Assembly (NCBI GenBank): GCA_049322915.1
Contig: JBMOPW010000044.1
Span: forward strand, 32,001 to 96,000
Direction: 5' to 3'
Source of the DNA: Candidatus Zhuqueibacterota bacterium
Lineage (GTDB): Bacteria > Zhuqueibacterota > Zhuqueibacteria > Thermofontimicrobiales > Thermofontimicrobiaceae
Length of the DNA stretch: 64,000 nucleotides
Each line of letters starts with the position of its first letter. The stretch's first letter is position 1. Position numbers and translations under genes: made by a program. Shown here piece by piece: positions 1 to 9,988 of this stretch. The notes below the pieces were generated by a model. It saw only the letters and a program-made list of their open reading frames with translations. It was not told where the DNA came from and made no database searches.

Positions 1-112
1 CGCGCAGAATTTCAAGATCGTCCGGCTTGCGCGATTCCTTGTGGCAGTAGCGCTGGCGCAGCAGAAAATACCGCATGGCCAGGCGCGTGGACAACGAGTG
101 CTGTACGTTCAT
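1..112 (-). CDS. 5' part of an unknown protein, truncated by the window edge
   Basis: ATG at 112 (minus) opens MNVQHSLSTRLAMRYFLLRQRYCHKESRKPDDLEILR with no stop before the edge; not in the ORF track. Confidence 0.45.
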   Translation of the reverse strand, partial: MNVQHSLSTRLAMRYFLLRQRYCHKESRKPDDLEILR

Positions 113-148
113 AAATAAATAGCAGCCTGAAGTTATAAATTGAAATTC

Positions 149-450
149 GTAACTATTCAGGCTTGCATTCTTGCCTCAAAGTCACCAAGTCACGAAGTTA
201 CAAGAAGATGTCAAACTCATTTTCATTCCCGGGCCGACTCTAAAAAGACACCTTGAATAGCCCCGACTTTTAAGTCGGGGGACAGAAATTTACTGTTGAT
301 TTTTGGGCTTCAGCCCCTTTTTAGAGGGGACTCATTCTCATACTGTGAAATTCAATTTTATTTTTTATACCAAATTCAGCTTTTCAGAATCGAATATTTT
401 AGATATTTCTTTTTGTTTGTGCATTCGAGATTTTGTGGCTGAATAGTGAC
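149..450. mobile_element. MITE-like non-autonomous element, copy 1
   Basis: TIRs GTAACTATTCAG / CTGAATAGTGAC; 152-214 matches the reverse complement of 62266-62328 at 54/63 nt. Confidence 0.75.
238..326. repeat. Nested REP-like/MITE element
   Basis: Inverted ends CTCTAAAAAG / CTTTTTAGAG enclosing hairpin CCCCGACTT-TT-AAGTCGGGG (261-280) and palindrome GGGCTTCAGCCC. Confidence 0.6.
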
Positions 451-597
451 AACCACTGAAATCACCTGAAGGATGAAACGGTGTGCCAAGCTTAACTGAC
501 TGATTTTTTTTAGAGCTGATGGCTGAAAGCTGACAGGCATTCGCTCAATTTATCAGGTAACAGAATAAATTATCAGTGAAAAATTCAGGGTGGCAAA

Positions 598-1638
598 ATG
601 AAAAGACTAATTTCCAAATGCAGTTTCGTGCTGGTCGTGGCATTCCTCCTCACGGGCGCATGCAGCAGACGAATTCAGCAGGTAGTTTATCCGACCCTGG
701 GCGATGGGCGCTATGACTCTGAGTTTCCTTATAAAAGCTGCTCCAAAGAATTGGAAGAAATCACCGCATCGGTCCGGAAATTATATTGCAGTATAAATTA
801 CAAGACCTACATTTTCGATGAAAAAGACAGGATCACGATGTCCGATCTCAACGAGCGCACGCTGAAGAAGGCGATCGAGATTGTGTATTTTCAGAAATCG
901 GTCGCCGGCACAGGCACAGTAATTTTTGTGGATAAGACCAGAATTGCGCTGCTGACGTGCGCGCATGTCGTCACCCATCCGGATACCCTGTACGCCTATG
1001 TCAAAGACGACAGTCTGCGTACGAAGAGAGTGCTCCAGAGCTGTTCCATCAAGCAGGATCAGGACAATTTTATCGTGGGGTTGCCGGAGGGCGGCGAACT
1101 CGATGTGCTCATCGCGGATGAGAAAATGGACATCGCCATTTTGAAGAAAGAATTTCAGTCCATGCCAAAGCTGGATATTCCTGCGCTGCGCTATCCATTC
1201 GGAAAAGCCAAAGACCTGGAATGGGGCAGTTTCGTGTATTTGATCGGATTCCCCAAAGGGTATAAAATCATCACCAAAGGGATCGTCAGCCACCCCAATC
1301 GCGACAAACACGGCTCGTTTCTCACCGATGCCATGTTCAATCAGGGTATGAGCGGCGGCATTTTACTGGCCATCCGGGACGGCGTGCCCAATTTCGAAGT
1401 GGTGGGCATCACCACCTCGGCCGCGGCTGAGTTCACGACAATGCTGGTGCCTGATCGTGGCTGGGAATACGACGAGGCTGTTCCTTATGAGGGCAAAATC
1501 TATGTCGATAATAAAAAAACCATCAGCTACGGTATCACCCGCGCGATCTCATCCGAAGCCATACTGGAACTGATCGACCAGAACAAAGAGTGGCTGCTGA
1601 AACAGGGCTTCGAGATAAATTTGCTGACCGGAAAATAG
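598..1638 (+). CDS. Trypsin-like (S1) serine protease, lipoprotein
   Basis: Lipobox LTGAC; triad motifs LTCAHVV, MDIAIL, NQGMSGG. Confidence 0.85.
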   Translation: MKRLISKCSFVLVVAFLLTGACSRRIQQVVYPTLGDGRYDSEFPYKSCSKELEEITASVRKLYCSINYKTYIFDEKDRITMSDLNERTLKKAIEIVYFQKSVAGTGTVIFVDKTRIALLTCAHVVTHPDTLYAYVKDDSLRTKRVLQSCSIKQDQDNFIVGLPEGGELDVLIADEKMDIAILKKEFQSMPKLDIPALRYPFGKAKDLEWGSFVYLIGFPKGYKIITKGIVSHPNRDKHGSFLTDAMFNQGMSGGILLAIRDGVPNFEVVGITTSAAAEFTTMLVPDRGWEYDEAVPYEGKIYVDNKKTISYGITRAISSEAILELIDQNKEWLLKQGFEINLLTGK

Positions 1639-1977
1639 CCCGCTCAACCGGTTCGAATCCGGCTGTGGCTAACCGGAGAATTTGCAGCAACCTGGCGTGT
1701 CTCATGAAAAAATACTTGATTTAATTGTTTATTTTTTGGATATTGCACATCGATACAATAACCGCGTCAGGATGGCATTGACCTGATTGTTGGCATCTGT
1801 TGAGCCACTTGATCGCGCTGGATATTTATCCAGCGCGGGGAATTGATTGGAACGTATGTTCCCGAACAGGTACATCGTTCGGCAAGTCTGGCGTGCTATA
1901 AATGACTGAACAGTTGCAATTCTTGAAATCCATTCGAATTATTTTTAATAGGACAATCTCTAACCCCGGGAACTCAA

Positions 1978-2658
1978 TTGAAAGCTTTTTTTACAATTTT
2001 TCTCGTCTGTCTTCTCGTCTACTTTTTCTTCATCGGTTTCAAATCCATTGGAACGCCCGTGGCCCACGACTGGAAATTACCACTGGATACGGCAGATCGA
2101 CAGGATTGGGCGTCGGTGTTTTTTGAGCATGACGCGCTGTTCAAGACAAAACGCTCGGCGTTTACCAATGTCAAATTGCATTATCACACCGGCGTGGATA
2201 TCCAGGCCAATGGTAGCGCCGGAAAATTGGATTCGCCGGGCATGCCCATCTTTGCAGTGGCTGCCGGCAAGGTGGTCGCCGTAGAAGATGAGCTGCCACA
2301 GCGGCGCATCACCATCGAGCATAAACTCCCGGACGGAACTGTTGTTTGGAGCGTCTACTGCCATATCGCCGGGGAGTGCGTTGTCCCACATGAGGTTGTG
2401 GATAGCGAGACCATCATTGCGCGTCGGATGAACGGGCGCGAGCTGGACCAGTACGGCTGGGAATACAATCACGTACACCTGGAAATTCTAAAAAAAATGC
2501 CGGATTTCCTCGATGCGTTTTATCAACGGAAGACGTTTACATGCTATTCGGAAGAAGACGTCAATGAATATTTCTATGACCCAATTAAATTTTTGAACAG
2601 GCAATTCGTGAACAGAGACAGAGCACAAAATACGCCAGGATATTCCACCGACAATTGA
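1978..2658 (+). CDS. M23 family metallopeptidase
   Basis: N-terminal hydrophobic anchor; HTGVD and HVHLE zinc motifs; TTG start. Confidence 0.85.
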   Translation: MKAFFTIFLVCLLVYFFFIGFKSIGTPVAHDWKLPLDTADRQDWASVFFEHDALFKTKRSAFTNVKLHYHTGVDIQANGSAGKLDSPGMPIFAVAAGKVVAVEDELPQRRITIEHKLPDGTVVWSVYCHIAGECVVPHEVVDSETIIARRMNGRELDQYGWEYNHVHLEILKKMPDFLDAFYQRKTFTCYSEEDVNEYFYDPIKFLNRQFVNRDRAQNTPGYSTDN

Positions 2659-2676
2659 TCTTAACCAGGAGTACTT

Positions 2677-5600
2677 ATGAAGCAGAGACTGAGCATTGCG
2701 TTTTTACTGATGAGCGTCATGTGGTTGGTTTTGGGGCTGGATTCGGCCAATAGCAAAAAGCTGCCGGGACAGGCCACTCGTATTCAGACACAAAAAGAGC
2801 GCCCTGTATTTGCGCCCGGTGAAATTCGGGTGAAATTCAGGCAGGCATTCAGCCACGTCACCATGGAGTCCGCTGCGCCGGCGTCCGGCATTTTTTCCCT
2901 GGACGCCAAATTGATGGATTACGGTGTCACATCGATGACAAAAGCGTTTTATCCCAAATCTTCAGGGCAAAATACGCACGCCCTGTCCAAAGTGTACACG
3001 TTCCATTTTGATAAAACAAAGGATCCGCTCGAGGTTGCACGCGCGTTTGCAGCCGAGCCGGCCGTGGAATATGCGGAGCCGATTCCCTGCCATTATCTCG
3101 ATGAAATTCCAGACGATCCGCTCTATGGTCAACAGGAGCACTTGCCGCAAATTTACATGCCGCAGGCATGGGAATTTGTCAAAGGCGACAGCAATGTCAT
3201 CATTGCCGTGATTGACGGCGGCACGGATTGGGAGCATCCGGATTTGATCGAAAATATCTGGATCAATGAGGACGAGCACGAAGGCGATGCCAACGGCGAC
3301 GGCTATCCCGGCCTGGCCGGCGTGGACGATGATGGCGATGGCGGGATCGATTTGAACGATGTGAATGTCATGGTCTCGGACTATGACAACGACGATGTCG
3401 CGCTCTGGGGACCGAACGAAATTCTGGAATCCACACCAGGCGCGCCGGGCGGCGACGATGATTTCGATGACATCGCGCTGGCCGCCCTCGACGACGATGA
3501 AAATGGCTTTCCGGATGATATCCGCGGCTGGGATTTTGGCGAATGGGACAATAATCCCACCAATCAACCGACTGATCTGGATGCCTATTTTCATGGCACT
3601 GTCACTTCGGGATTGGCTTCCGCCAGAACCAATAATAAAAGTCATGTCGCCGGCGTTGCCTGGAATTGTAAAATTATGGCAATCAAGTGCGGCAAGGATG
3701 CGAAAGAATATGAGCGAGGAATTTTCAATTCCATCGAAGCCATCAAGTATGCGGTGGACAATGGCGCTGATATTCTCAATCTCAGCTTTGGCGGATTCTA
3801 TCCACCTTCGGAATATGAACGAACGGAGGGCGTTGAGTATGCTTATTCACGAGGCGCGCTGGTCGTTGCCTCTGCCGGGAATGAATTGGTTTCCTATCCC
3901 CATTATCCGTCCGGCTATCCCCATGTGCTGGCCGTGACATGGGTGTACTCCAATGATCAATTAACGATTTACACAGCCTACGGCAATTCGGTGGATGTGG
4001 CGGCGCCCGGGGTGATGCTGTTGAGTCTGTTGCCGGACAATGGCACCATTCGCATGAGCGGCAGTTCCTCGGCAACGCCGGTCGTGTCCGGCCTGGCTGG
4101 CTTGATCAAATCGCAGCACCCGGAATGGGGCCCCATGGAACTGATGCGGCAGATCGTTTTGACCGCGGACAATATCGATGCAATGAATCCGGGCTATGAA
4201 GGCCAGCTTGGCAGTGGGCGCGTGAACGGCTATCGCGCTGTCACTGAAAGCGATCCCGCGGAAGTCGAGCCCAAAATCCGACTGAATGGGAATATCGTTT
4301 TTTCAGATTCATTGGGCGGAGATAACGATGATATTTTCGAACGTGGAGAGGATGTCGTTGTGACAATTCCGCCGTACCGAAATTACAGCGTGAGTCCGGC
4401 GGAAAATCTGGAATTTATTATGACGTCGAACGACACCGATATTACCATCACCAATGGCAGCTACACGTTCGGTTACATGCCGCCCGATACCACCATTTCT
4501 ATCCCGGGAAATTTTTCTTTCATGGTGAATGCGAATGCCCGCGGTAAAACGTCTGAAATTTACATTGGCTGGCAGGCGGATGGCGGCGCTGGTTATCAGG
4601 ACACATTTCGTGTGATCATTGGAAAAATCCCGGTGTTGATCGTCGATGATGACCGCGGCGATTATGCTGCTGAAACCATGTACACCACAATCCTGGACGA
4701 TCTGAATATGAATTATGCCGTCTGGGACCGATTGAACAATGGCCCGCTGGGGCCGGACCAGCTTGCCAATTTCCCCATTGTGATCTGGTTGTGCGAGTGG
4801 GCCTTCCCTGCGTTGGACCCGGATGATCAGGTGGCGATCTCGAATTTCCTCGATAATGGCGGCAGCCTCTTCATCAGCGGACAGGATCTCGGCTGGGATT
4901 TCAATGACCCCAGTGGCTACGGCTATGCACAACGAGATTTTTATAAAAAATATCTGCACGCGATCTATCACGCAGACGTCAGTCCTGTGACCGACGTGCT
5001 GGGCATTGCCGGCGATCCCATCGGCGATGGGTTGCGATTCAATGTGTATCAGCCGGGTCTTCCCATCGATAATCAATATCCCGATGAAATCGAGCCGGAC
5101 TCCGGCGCGACTTCTGTATTTGAATATGCGGGAGGCAGTCACCACAAATTTGGCGTCAAATACGATGGCGACCACAAAGTGGTGTATCTGGCCATGGGGC
5201 TAGAGGCCATTGACGCCAGGGAATTCACTCTTCCCGATGAGTATTCTCCAACGCGAACTGACGTCATGAAGCGAACGATCGATTGGTTGAATTTCATCGA
5301 TTTTGAACCGCCGACGGATAAAGAAGATTTGAACCAGCCGGTGACGATCGCAGCGAGCATTCCCCAACGGGTGACCGAGGATTTGATTGCACTGGAACTG
5401 CACTGGAAGAAAGATCAGGATGCGCAGTTCACGACCGTTGCAATGACGCCACAGGGGGGCAAAATTTACAGCGCAGAAATACCCGGCCCGGGGAGTATTT
5501 CTACAATCAATTATTATTTCAAACTGGTCAACAGCTATTACGCTTGGCAGAGTCCACCACCGTACGAAACAGAAACCTATAGCTACTATGTCGGGCCGGA

Positions 5601-6687
5601 TCCGAATCCCCCGATGTTCAGCCATGTCGCGTTGCCTTCGACGATCAACGGGCAGAAATCGCGCTCCGTCATGGTCGCTGTGTCAGATAATTCCGGTCTG
5701 GACACGGCCAGCGTGTTCGTTCACTATTGGACAAAATCGGTGTCCGACAGTGTGAAACTGTCCGCCGGAGAAAGCATCGGACAATTCCTGGGGGATCTGC
5801 CGAAATTCAGCTACGGCGATACGGTGTACTACTATTTCACCGCCTCTGATTTATCTCAGTTGAAAAACAAAGGCCAATCGGAAACCTACTCGTTCAATCT
5901 CGGTTTTGAAGATTTCGAGTACGGACTCGATAGCTGGGCGAGCGACGCGTCTGGCTGGGGACTGGCAGACCTGTATTCCCACTCCGGCGATTATTCAATT
6001 AATAACAGTCCCGGTAAGAATCCCTATCCCAACAATCTGAATGTCGCCATTACAACCGCGTTCGATATTGATCTATCCCACACCGATAACGCCGTGTTAA
6101 AATTCTGGACAAAGGTCTATCTCGAATTCAATCACGATTACGGCTATGTTGAGGTGAGCGCGGACGGAGGCGCGACGTGGGCTCGTTTGGGCAGTGCGTT
6201 CAATGGCTTCGTCACGGACTGGAAGCAGCAGACACTCTCGCTCAGTGATTACTGCGGCGCGGGATTTGATGATGTCCGCATCCGGTTTCGCATGGTTTCA
6301 GACGCCACCCAGGTGCCGCCGCTGCCGGGCTGGTTCATCGATGATGTGCAGATAATTGAGGGAGTGAGTATTCCGGCTGAAGTCGAACAGGTTGCCGGCG
6401 TCCTTCCTGAACAGTTTGTTTTGCATCAGAATTATCCCAATCCGTTCAACCCGACGACAACCATTCGGTTCGATGTGCCGATGACGACCAGCGTCAATGT
6501 TTCCATCTTCAATGTGCGCGGCGAACTCATTCGCACCCTGGTGGCAGAAACCAAACCCGCTGGCGCTTACACGATTCAGTGGAACGGACGCGATAATCAA
6601 GGCCGGATGGTCACTTCCGGATTGTACTTCTACAAACTGACCGGCCCTGACTTCAGCACGACCAGAAAATTGCTATTGCTGAAGTGA
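2677..6687 (+). CDS. Secreted S8 subtilase with C-terminal FlgD-Ig/T9SS-type sorting domain
   Basis: Signal peptide, propeptide, IAVIDGG / HGTVTSG / SGSSSATP triad, CTD LHQNYPNPFNPTTTIRF...SGLYFYKL...TRKLLLLK; RBS AGGAG. Confidence 0.9.
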   Translation: MKQRLSIAFLLMSVMWLVLGLDSANSKKLPGQATRIQTQKERPVFAPGEIRVKFRQAFSHVTMESAAPASGIFSLDAKLMDYGVTSMTKAFYPKSSGQNTHALSKVYTFHFDKTKDPLEVARAFAAEPAVEYAEPIPCHYLDEIPDDPLYGQQEHLPQIYMPQAWEFVKGDSNVIIAVIDGGTDWEHPDLIENIWINEDEHEGDANGDGYPGLAGVDDDGDGGIDLNDVNVMVSDYDNDDVALWGPNEILESTPGAPGGDDDFDDIALAALDDDENGFPDDIRGWDFGEWDNNPTNQPTDLDAYFHGTVTSGLASARTNNKSHVAGVAWNCKIMAIKCGKDAKEYERGIFNSIEAIKYAVDNGADILNLSFGGFYPPSEYERTEGVEYAYSRGALVVASAGNELVSYPHYPSGYPHVLAVTWVYSNDQLTIYTAYGNSVDVAAPGVMLLSLLPDNGTIRMSGSSSATPVVSGLAGLIKSQHPEWGPMELMRQIVLTADNIDAMNPGYEGQLGSGRVNGYRAVTESDPAEVEPKIRLNGNIVFSDSLGGDNDDIFERGEDVVVTIPPYRNYSVSPAENLEFIMTSNDTDITITNGSYTFGYMPPDTTISIPGNFSFMVNANARGKTSEIYIGWQADGGAGYQDTFRVIIGKIPVLIVDDDRGDYAAETMYTTILDDLNMNYAVWDRLNNGPLGPDQLANFPIVIWLCEWAFPALDPDDQVAISNFLDNGGSLFISGQDLGWDFNDPSGYGYAQRDFYKKYLHAIYHADVSPVTDVLGIAGDPIGDGLRFNVYQPGLPIDNQYPDEIEPDSGATSVFEYAGGSHHKFGVKYDGDHKVVYLAMGLEAIDAREFTLPDEYSPTRTDVMKRTIDWLNFIDFEPPTDKEDLNQPVTIAASIPQRVTEDLIALELHWKKDQDAQFTTVAMTPQGGKIYSAEIPGPGSISTINYYFKLVNSYYAWQSPPPYETETYSYYVGPDPNPPMFSHVALPSTINGQKSRSVMVAVSDNSGLDTASVFVHYWTKSVSDSVKLSAGESIGQFLGDLPKFSYGDTVYYYFTASDLSQLKNKGQSETYSFNLGFEDFEYGLDSWASDASGWGLADLYSHSGDYSINNSPGKNPYPNNLNVAITTAFDIDLSHTDNAVLKFWTKVYLEFNHDYGYVEVSADGGATWARLGSAFNGFVTDWKQQTLSLSDYCGAGFDDVRIRFRMVSDATQVPPLPGWFIDDVQIIEGVSIPAEVEQVAGVLPEQFVLHQNYPNPFNPTTTIRFDVPMTTSVNVSIFNVRGELIRTLVAETKPAGAYTIQWNGRDNQGRMVTSGLYFYKLTGPDFSTTRKLLLLK

Positions 6688-6927
6688 TCGCCAAAAAGTT
6701 TGGCGTTCAGCTTCCGACCGAAGCGATGCACTGTCTCGCGGTGGGGAAGTGATTCTGGCTATTAACCAGGAGCAGGGAGAGAGGTGGCATGACATCACGC
6801 GATTGGAGTTGTCGGTGGTAGTACAATTTCCAGTGCGAGATGGGAGTCTCTGGAAAGAATGGGCGCTATTGGAAATCCAGTGAATCAGGGAAGATGAACG
6901 GCTGTTGCGACAGGATGTGTAGAAATG

Positions 6928-6964
6928 AAAAAGCCCTCGAGTGTATTCGAGGGCTTTCTTTTTT
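6928..6964. terminator. Bidirectional intrinsic terminator
   Basis: AAAAAGCCCTCGA-gtgtat-TCGAGGGCTTTCTTTTTT between convergent genes. Confidence 0.85.
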
Positions 6965-6978
6965 CAGTGATCAAAAAT

Positions 6979-7773
6979 CTATTTTTTCTCCCATTCGGCG
7001 AGGAGAGCTTTCGCTTCATTTTTTGTGTCCGCGTCTTCAGCGATTCCCTCGGCGGTTTCGGTCGCTGCCAGAATTTCTTTCATCAGGCTGATGGCCCGAG
7101 CCGACTTATTTTGGGAATACAGCGCTTCGGCCAGGAATTGTTTCGTGATCAGATTTTGCGGCGCCAGGGTATGGGCTTTTTCCAGTATTTGTACAGCCGT
7201 CTCTTTGGATGGCCAGCGCAGGATGGGCCATATCTTCGGCGCTTTGAAATAAACGCGACCCAGCACGCGATAAGCGCCGGCTTCGTCAAAGGTGGAATCG
7301 ACCGCTGCTGCACTCTCGCAGTAGAGTTTAATTTTGCCAGCCACGCCATTTTTAGCAGCCTGCATAATTCCGTATTCTTCGCCCCAAACGCCCCAGACGA
7401 TGGCCAGGAACAGGTTGATGCCAGCGGATTCCGGGAATTCGATCAGAGCCTGGGTTCCTAAATCCTTGCCTAAATCATAAATCTTCTTTCTCAGCTCGGA
7501 ATCTTTGGTGGTGTATTGACCTTTGAAATAGTAGGCGCGAATCAGCTTCCAGGTCGCCTCTTCTTTCTGAGCGCCAGTCGCTGCGGAGAGATATTTTTTG
7601 TACATTGAAATTGCTTTGTTGATGTTCGTGCTATCCGCCAACAGCGTTGTAGTATTGAAGTTATCGCCGCGTTGTTCCCAGAAGCCGTCGGCTTCCTGCA
7701 TCAAATCCTGAGCGATCGCATTTAAGGAAAAAGCAAAAAAGACGATACACGTTAATAGGACAGCTTTTCTCAT
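6979..7773 (-). CDS. Exported TPR-like helical protein (resembles the TRAP TatT family)
   Basis: Signal peptide MRKAVLL...AIA; helical repeats, AYRVLGRVYFKAP; RBS GGAGG before ATG 7773. Confidence 0.65.
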   Translation of the reverse strand: MRKAVLLTCIVFFAFSLNAIAQDLMQEADGFWEQRGDNFNTTTLLADSTNINKAISMYKKYLSAATGAQKEEATWKLIRAYYFKGQYTTKDSELRKKIYDLGKDLGTQALIEFPESAGINLFLAIVWGVWGEEYGIMQAAKNGVAGKIKLYCESAAAVDSTFDEAGAYRVLGRVYFKAPKIWPILRWPSKETAVQILEKAHTLAPQNLITKQFLAEALYSQNKSARAISLMKEILAATETAEGIAEDADTKNEAKALLAEWEKK

Positions 7774-8089
7774 TGGCAAACCTCCCTCAAATTTGGATGG
7801 AAGTACTTTGAATTAAACGAACACAATGATTTTATTGAAATTTCGAATTATGTGAACCCAATTTAGTAAATCAATTTTATAGATGCAACAATTTTTTTTG
7901 GTTCAAATTTCCGGGCGTTTTCTTCACTGAAAAAAGTTAAAAAAAGGCTGCATTATTCATAAAGAATTTATTTGAATCGCCGATATTAAAAAATAGACAT
8001 TATTCCTTGAGATATTATGAGCGGATATGGAACGAACGGATGGCGAAATAGTCTGTGCACATCCTTGAAATTGTTAGATGAGGTGGAAA

Positions 8090-8614
8090 ATGGATAAAAT
8101 AAGTATCGTGAAACGACGTCAGGAACAGAATTCGCAAACTGAGCATTCGGCATCAAAGCGCACTCACAATCCAGGCGAAAAAGCGTCAGAGACGCTTGCC
8201 ACAGCATATGAATTCGAAGATAGCGCAATGGAGAAAAAATCGGAAGTGGAAATTAGAGAGGGAGTGGAAAGGGACAGTAGTCGCATCGACATAGCGTTGA
8301 ATATTGATAGCTTGCCGGAATTGAACACGCTTTTACATCTGAGTGAAATAATGCAGAATGGGGAGGAAGAGGCTGTCGTGAAGGTGAACCGCGACGACAA
8401 TAATAAAGTCATTTTCCAGTTCAATATAAAACAGCACATACCTTTTAAAACGCTGACATCGGAAGATGTATGCGATTTGCTGAAAATCAGTCGCGCCACG
8501 TTGTACAAAAATGTCCATGAAAGAACGATCCAGTGTTTCCGCATCGGAAATCAGATTCGATTTTTGGAATCCGATGTGCTGGATTATGTAAAAAAGTGTA
8601 TGGTGAAAGAATGA
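8090..8614 (+). CDS. DNA-binding protein with C-terminal excisionase-like HTH (HTH_17)
   Basis: LTSEDVCDLLKISRATLYK...CFRIGNQIRF; RBS GAGG before ATG 8090. Confidence 0.8.
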   Translation: MDKISIVKRRQEQNSQTEHSASKRTHNPGEKASETLATAYEFEDSAMEKKSEVEIREGVERDSSRIDIALNIDSLPELNTLLHLSEIMQNGEEEAVVKVNRDDNNKVIFQFNIKQHIPFKTLTSEDVCDLLKISRATLYKNVHERTIQCFRIGNQIRFLESDVLDYVKKCMVKE

Positions 8615-8640
8615 TCGCTTTGAGATTGGAGGAATAGATT

Positions 8641-9771
8641 ATGTATTTGAATTACTGGGGCTTAACAAAGCATGCATTTAACAATGTGCCAGACCCCACC
8701 ATGTATTTTGACATGCATGCAACTGTTGAAAACGCTGTCGCAGAGCTTTTATTCGCAATCGAAGAAGCGGATGAATGTCTGGCAGTTGTGGTCGGAGATG
8801 TCGGATTGGGTAAAACCATGAGCCTTCGCGTGACATTGGATTCGCTGGACCAATCCAAATATCGCATCGCCTTTGTGACCAACCCTGATTTAACATTTCC
8901 ACAGTTACTGCGGGAAATCATTGGCCAATTGAAAAATCAGCCCTGCATGATTAAGAATAAAGATGAACTGCTGGAAGAGTTCAACAAGATATTATTCACC
9001 ACAGCGGATGAGGGGAAACGAGTGCTCATTTTCATCGATGAAGGAAATGTTATCCGTCGGATGAATTTGCAGAGTCTGCGTCTCCTCACCAATATGCAGG
9101 AAGACGATCGCAATTTATTCACCATGGTGCTGGCGGGACAGCCGGAATTAGGTAAAAATCTGGAACACCCCAGCAATGCCAATTTGTATCAGCGAATCGG
9201 GGTGTACTGCCGGCTGAACAAAATGGAATCGCGCGACGTCGTTAAATCATATGTCGAACACCGAATGGAATGCGCCGGTGTGAAACGCCAGATTTTCACC
9301 GAAGATGCCTATACCCGGATTTATGAATATTCGGAGAAAGGCATCCCTCGCCTGGTGAATCGAATCTGCAAGCTGGCGCTGAAAGCGGGCGAGACAAACA
9401 AGATGCAGGAAATCAGCGGGGAAGTCATTGTGCAGATTGGCGAGCGTTTTGCGCGGACAGAGCCTCTCAAACATAAAGATGATTCCGAGCCGAAAGAGGG
9501 CGAACCGGCCATGGAAGTGAAGCATCCCCGACCGAAGAAGAAAAGCGCTCCTGCCGCTGATGCAGAAGAAAACATCACGGTTGTTGAGGATGTTAAACCA
9601 GAGGCCGTTCTGCCGGAGGCTGATGCTGAGCCGGAAGGGATGAAGCCAAAAAATATTTTAAGCCAGGTGAAAAGCGACCTCGGCCGAGAAGCAACGCCCA
9701 TGAAAGAATTGTTAGACCGTCTGAAGGACAGAAATCGGCATATTGGCCGATCAAATCCTTTCTTTAAATAA
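8641..9771 (+). CDS. ExeA/GspA-family AAA+ ATPase with charged low-complexity tail
   Basis: N-terminal MYLNYWGLTKHAF, Walker A GDVGLGKT, Walker B IFIDE, LAGQPEL, GIPRLVNRIC. Confidence 0.85.
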   Translation: MYLNYWGLTKHAFNNVPDPTMYFDMHATVENAVAELLFAIEEADECLAVVVGDVGLGKTMSLRVTLDSLDQSKYRIAFVTNPDLTFPQLLREIIGQLKNQPCMIKNKDELLEEFNKILFTTADEGKRVLIFIDEGNVIRRMNLQSLRLLTNMQEDDRNLFTMVLAGQPELGKNLEHPSNANLYQRIGVYCRLNKMESRDVVKSYVEHRMECAGVKRQIFTEDAYTRIYEYSEKGIPRLVNRICKLALKAGETNKMQEISGEVIVQIGERFARTEPLKHKDDSEPKEGEPAMEVKHPRPKKKSAPAADAEENITVVEDVKPEAVLPEADAEPEGMKPKNILSQVKSDLGREATPMKELLDRLKDRNRHIGRSNPFFK

Positions 9772-9802
9772 ACTCACATACCATCCTCCTATTGGTTAGA
9801 GC

Positions 9803-9841
9803 AAAACGGGTGATCCGATTTTTTGGATCATCCGTTTTTTT
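9803..9841 (+). terminator. Intrinsic terminator
   Basis: AAAACGGGTGATCC...GGATCATCCGTTTTTTT. Confidence 0.8.
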
Positions 9842-9988
9842 ATGCGTGCCCCGAAAAAAATATTGTTTCCGAATTTCTATACCTGTATATTATATCGCTT
9901 TTGAACCTTATTCAGAAGTTTACCGGACTGTTCATTGGCTGGTAAGTGAAAGAAAAAATGAATCGTCATATGAGTGAGGAAAAAATGT

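Noticed and set aside
474..490. Sigma54-like TGGCAC site on the minus strand
   Set aside because: The -12 element reads TTCA rather than TTGC
1636..1674. tRNA-like T-arm CCGG-TTCGAAT-CCGG
   Set aside because: No D-arm, anticodon arm or CCA end, and the upstream sequence is coding; more likely a 3' hairpin of the protease gene
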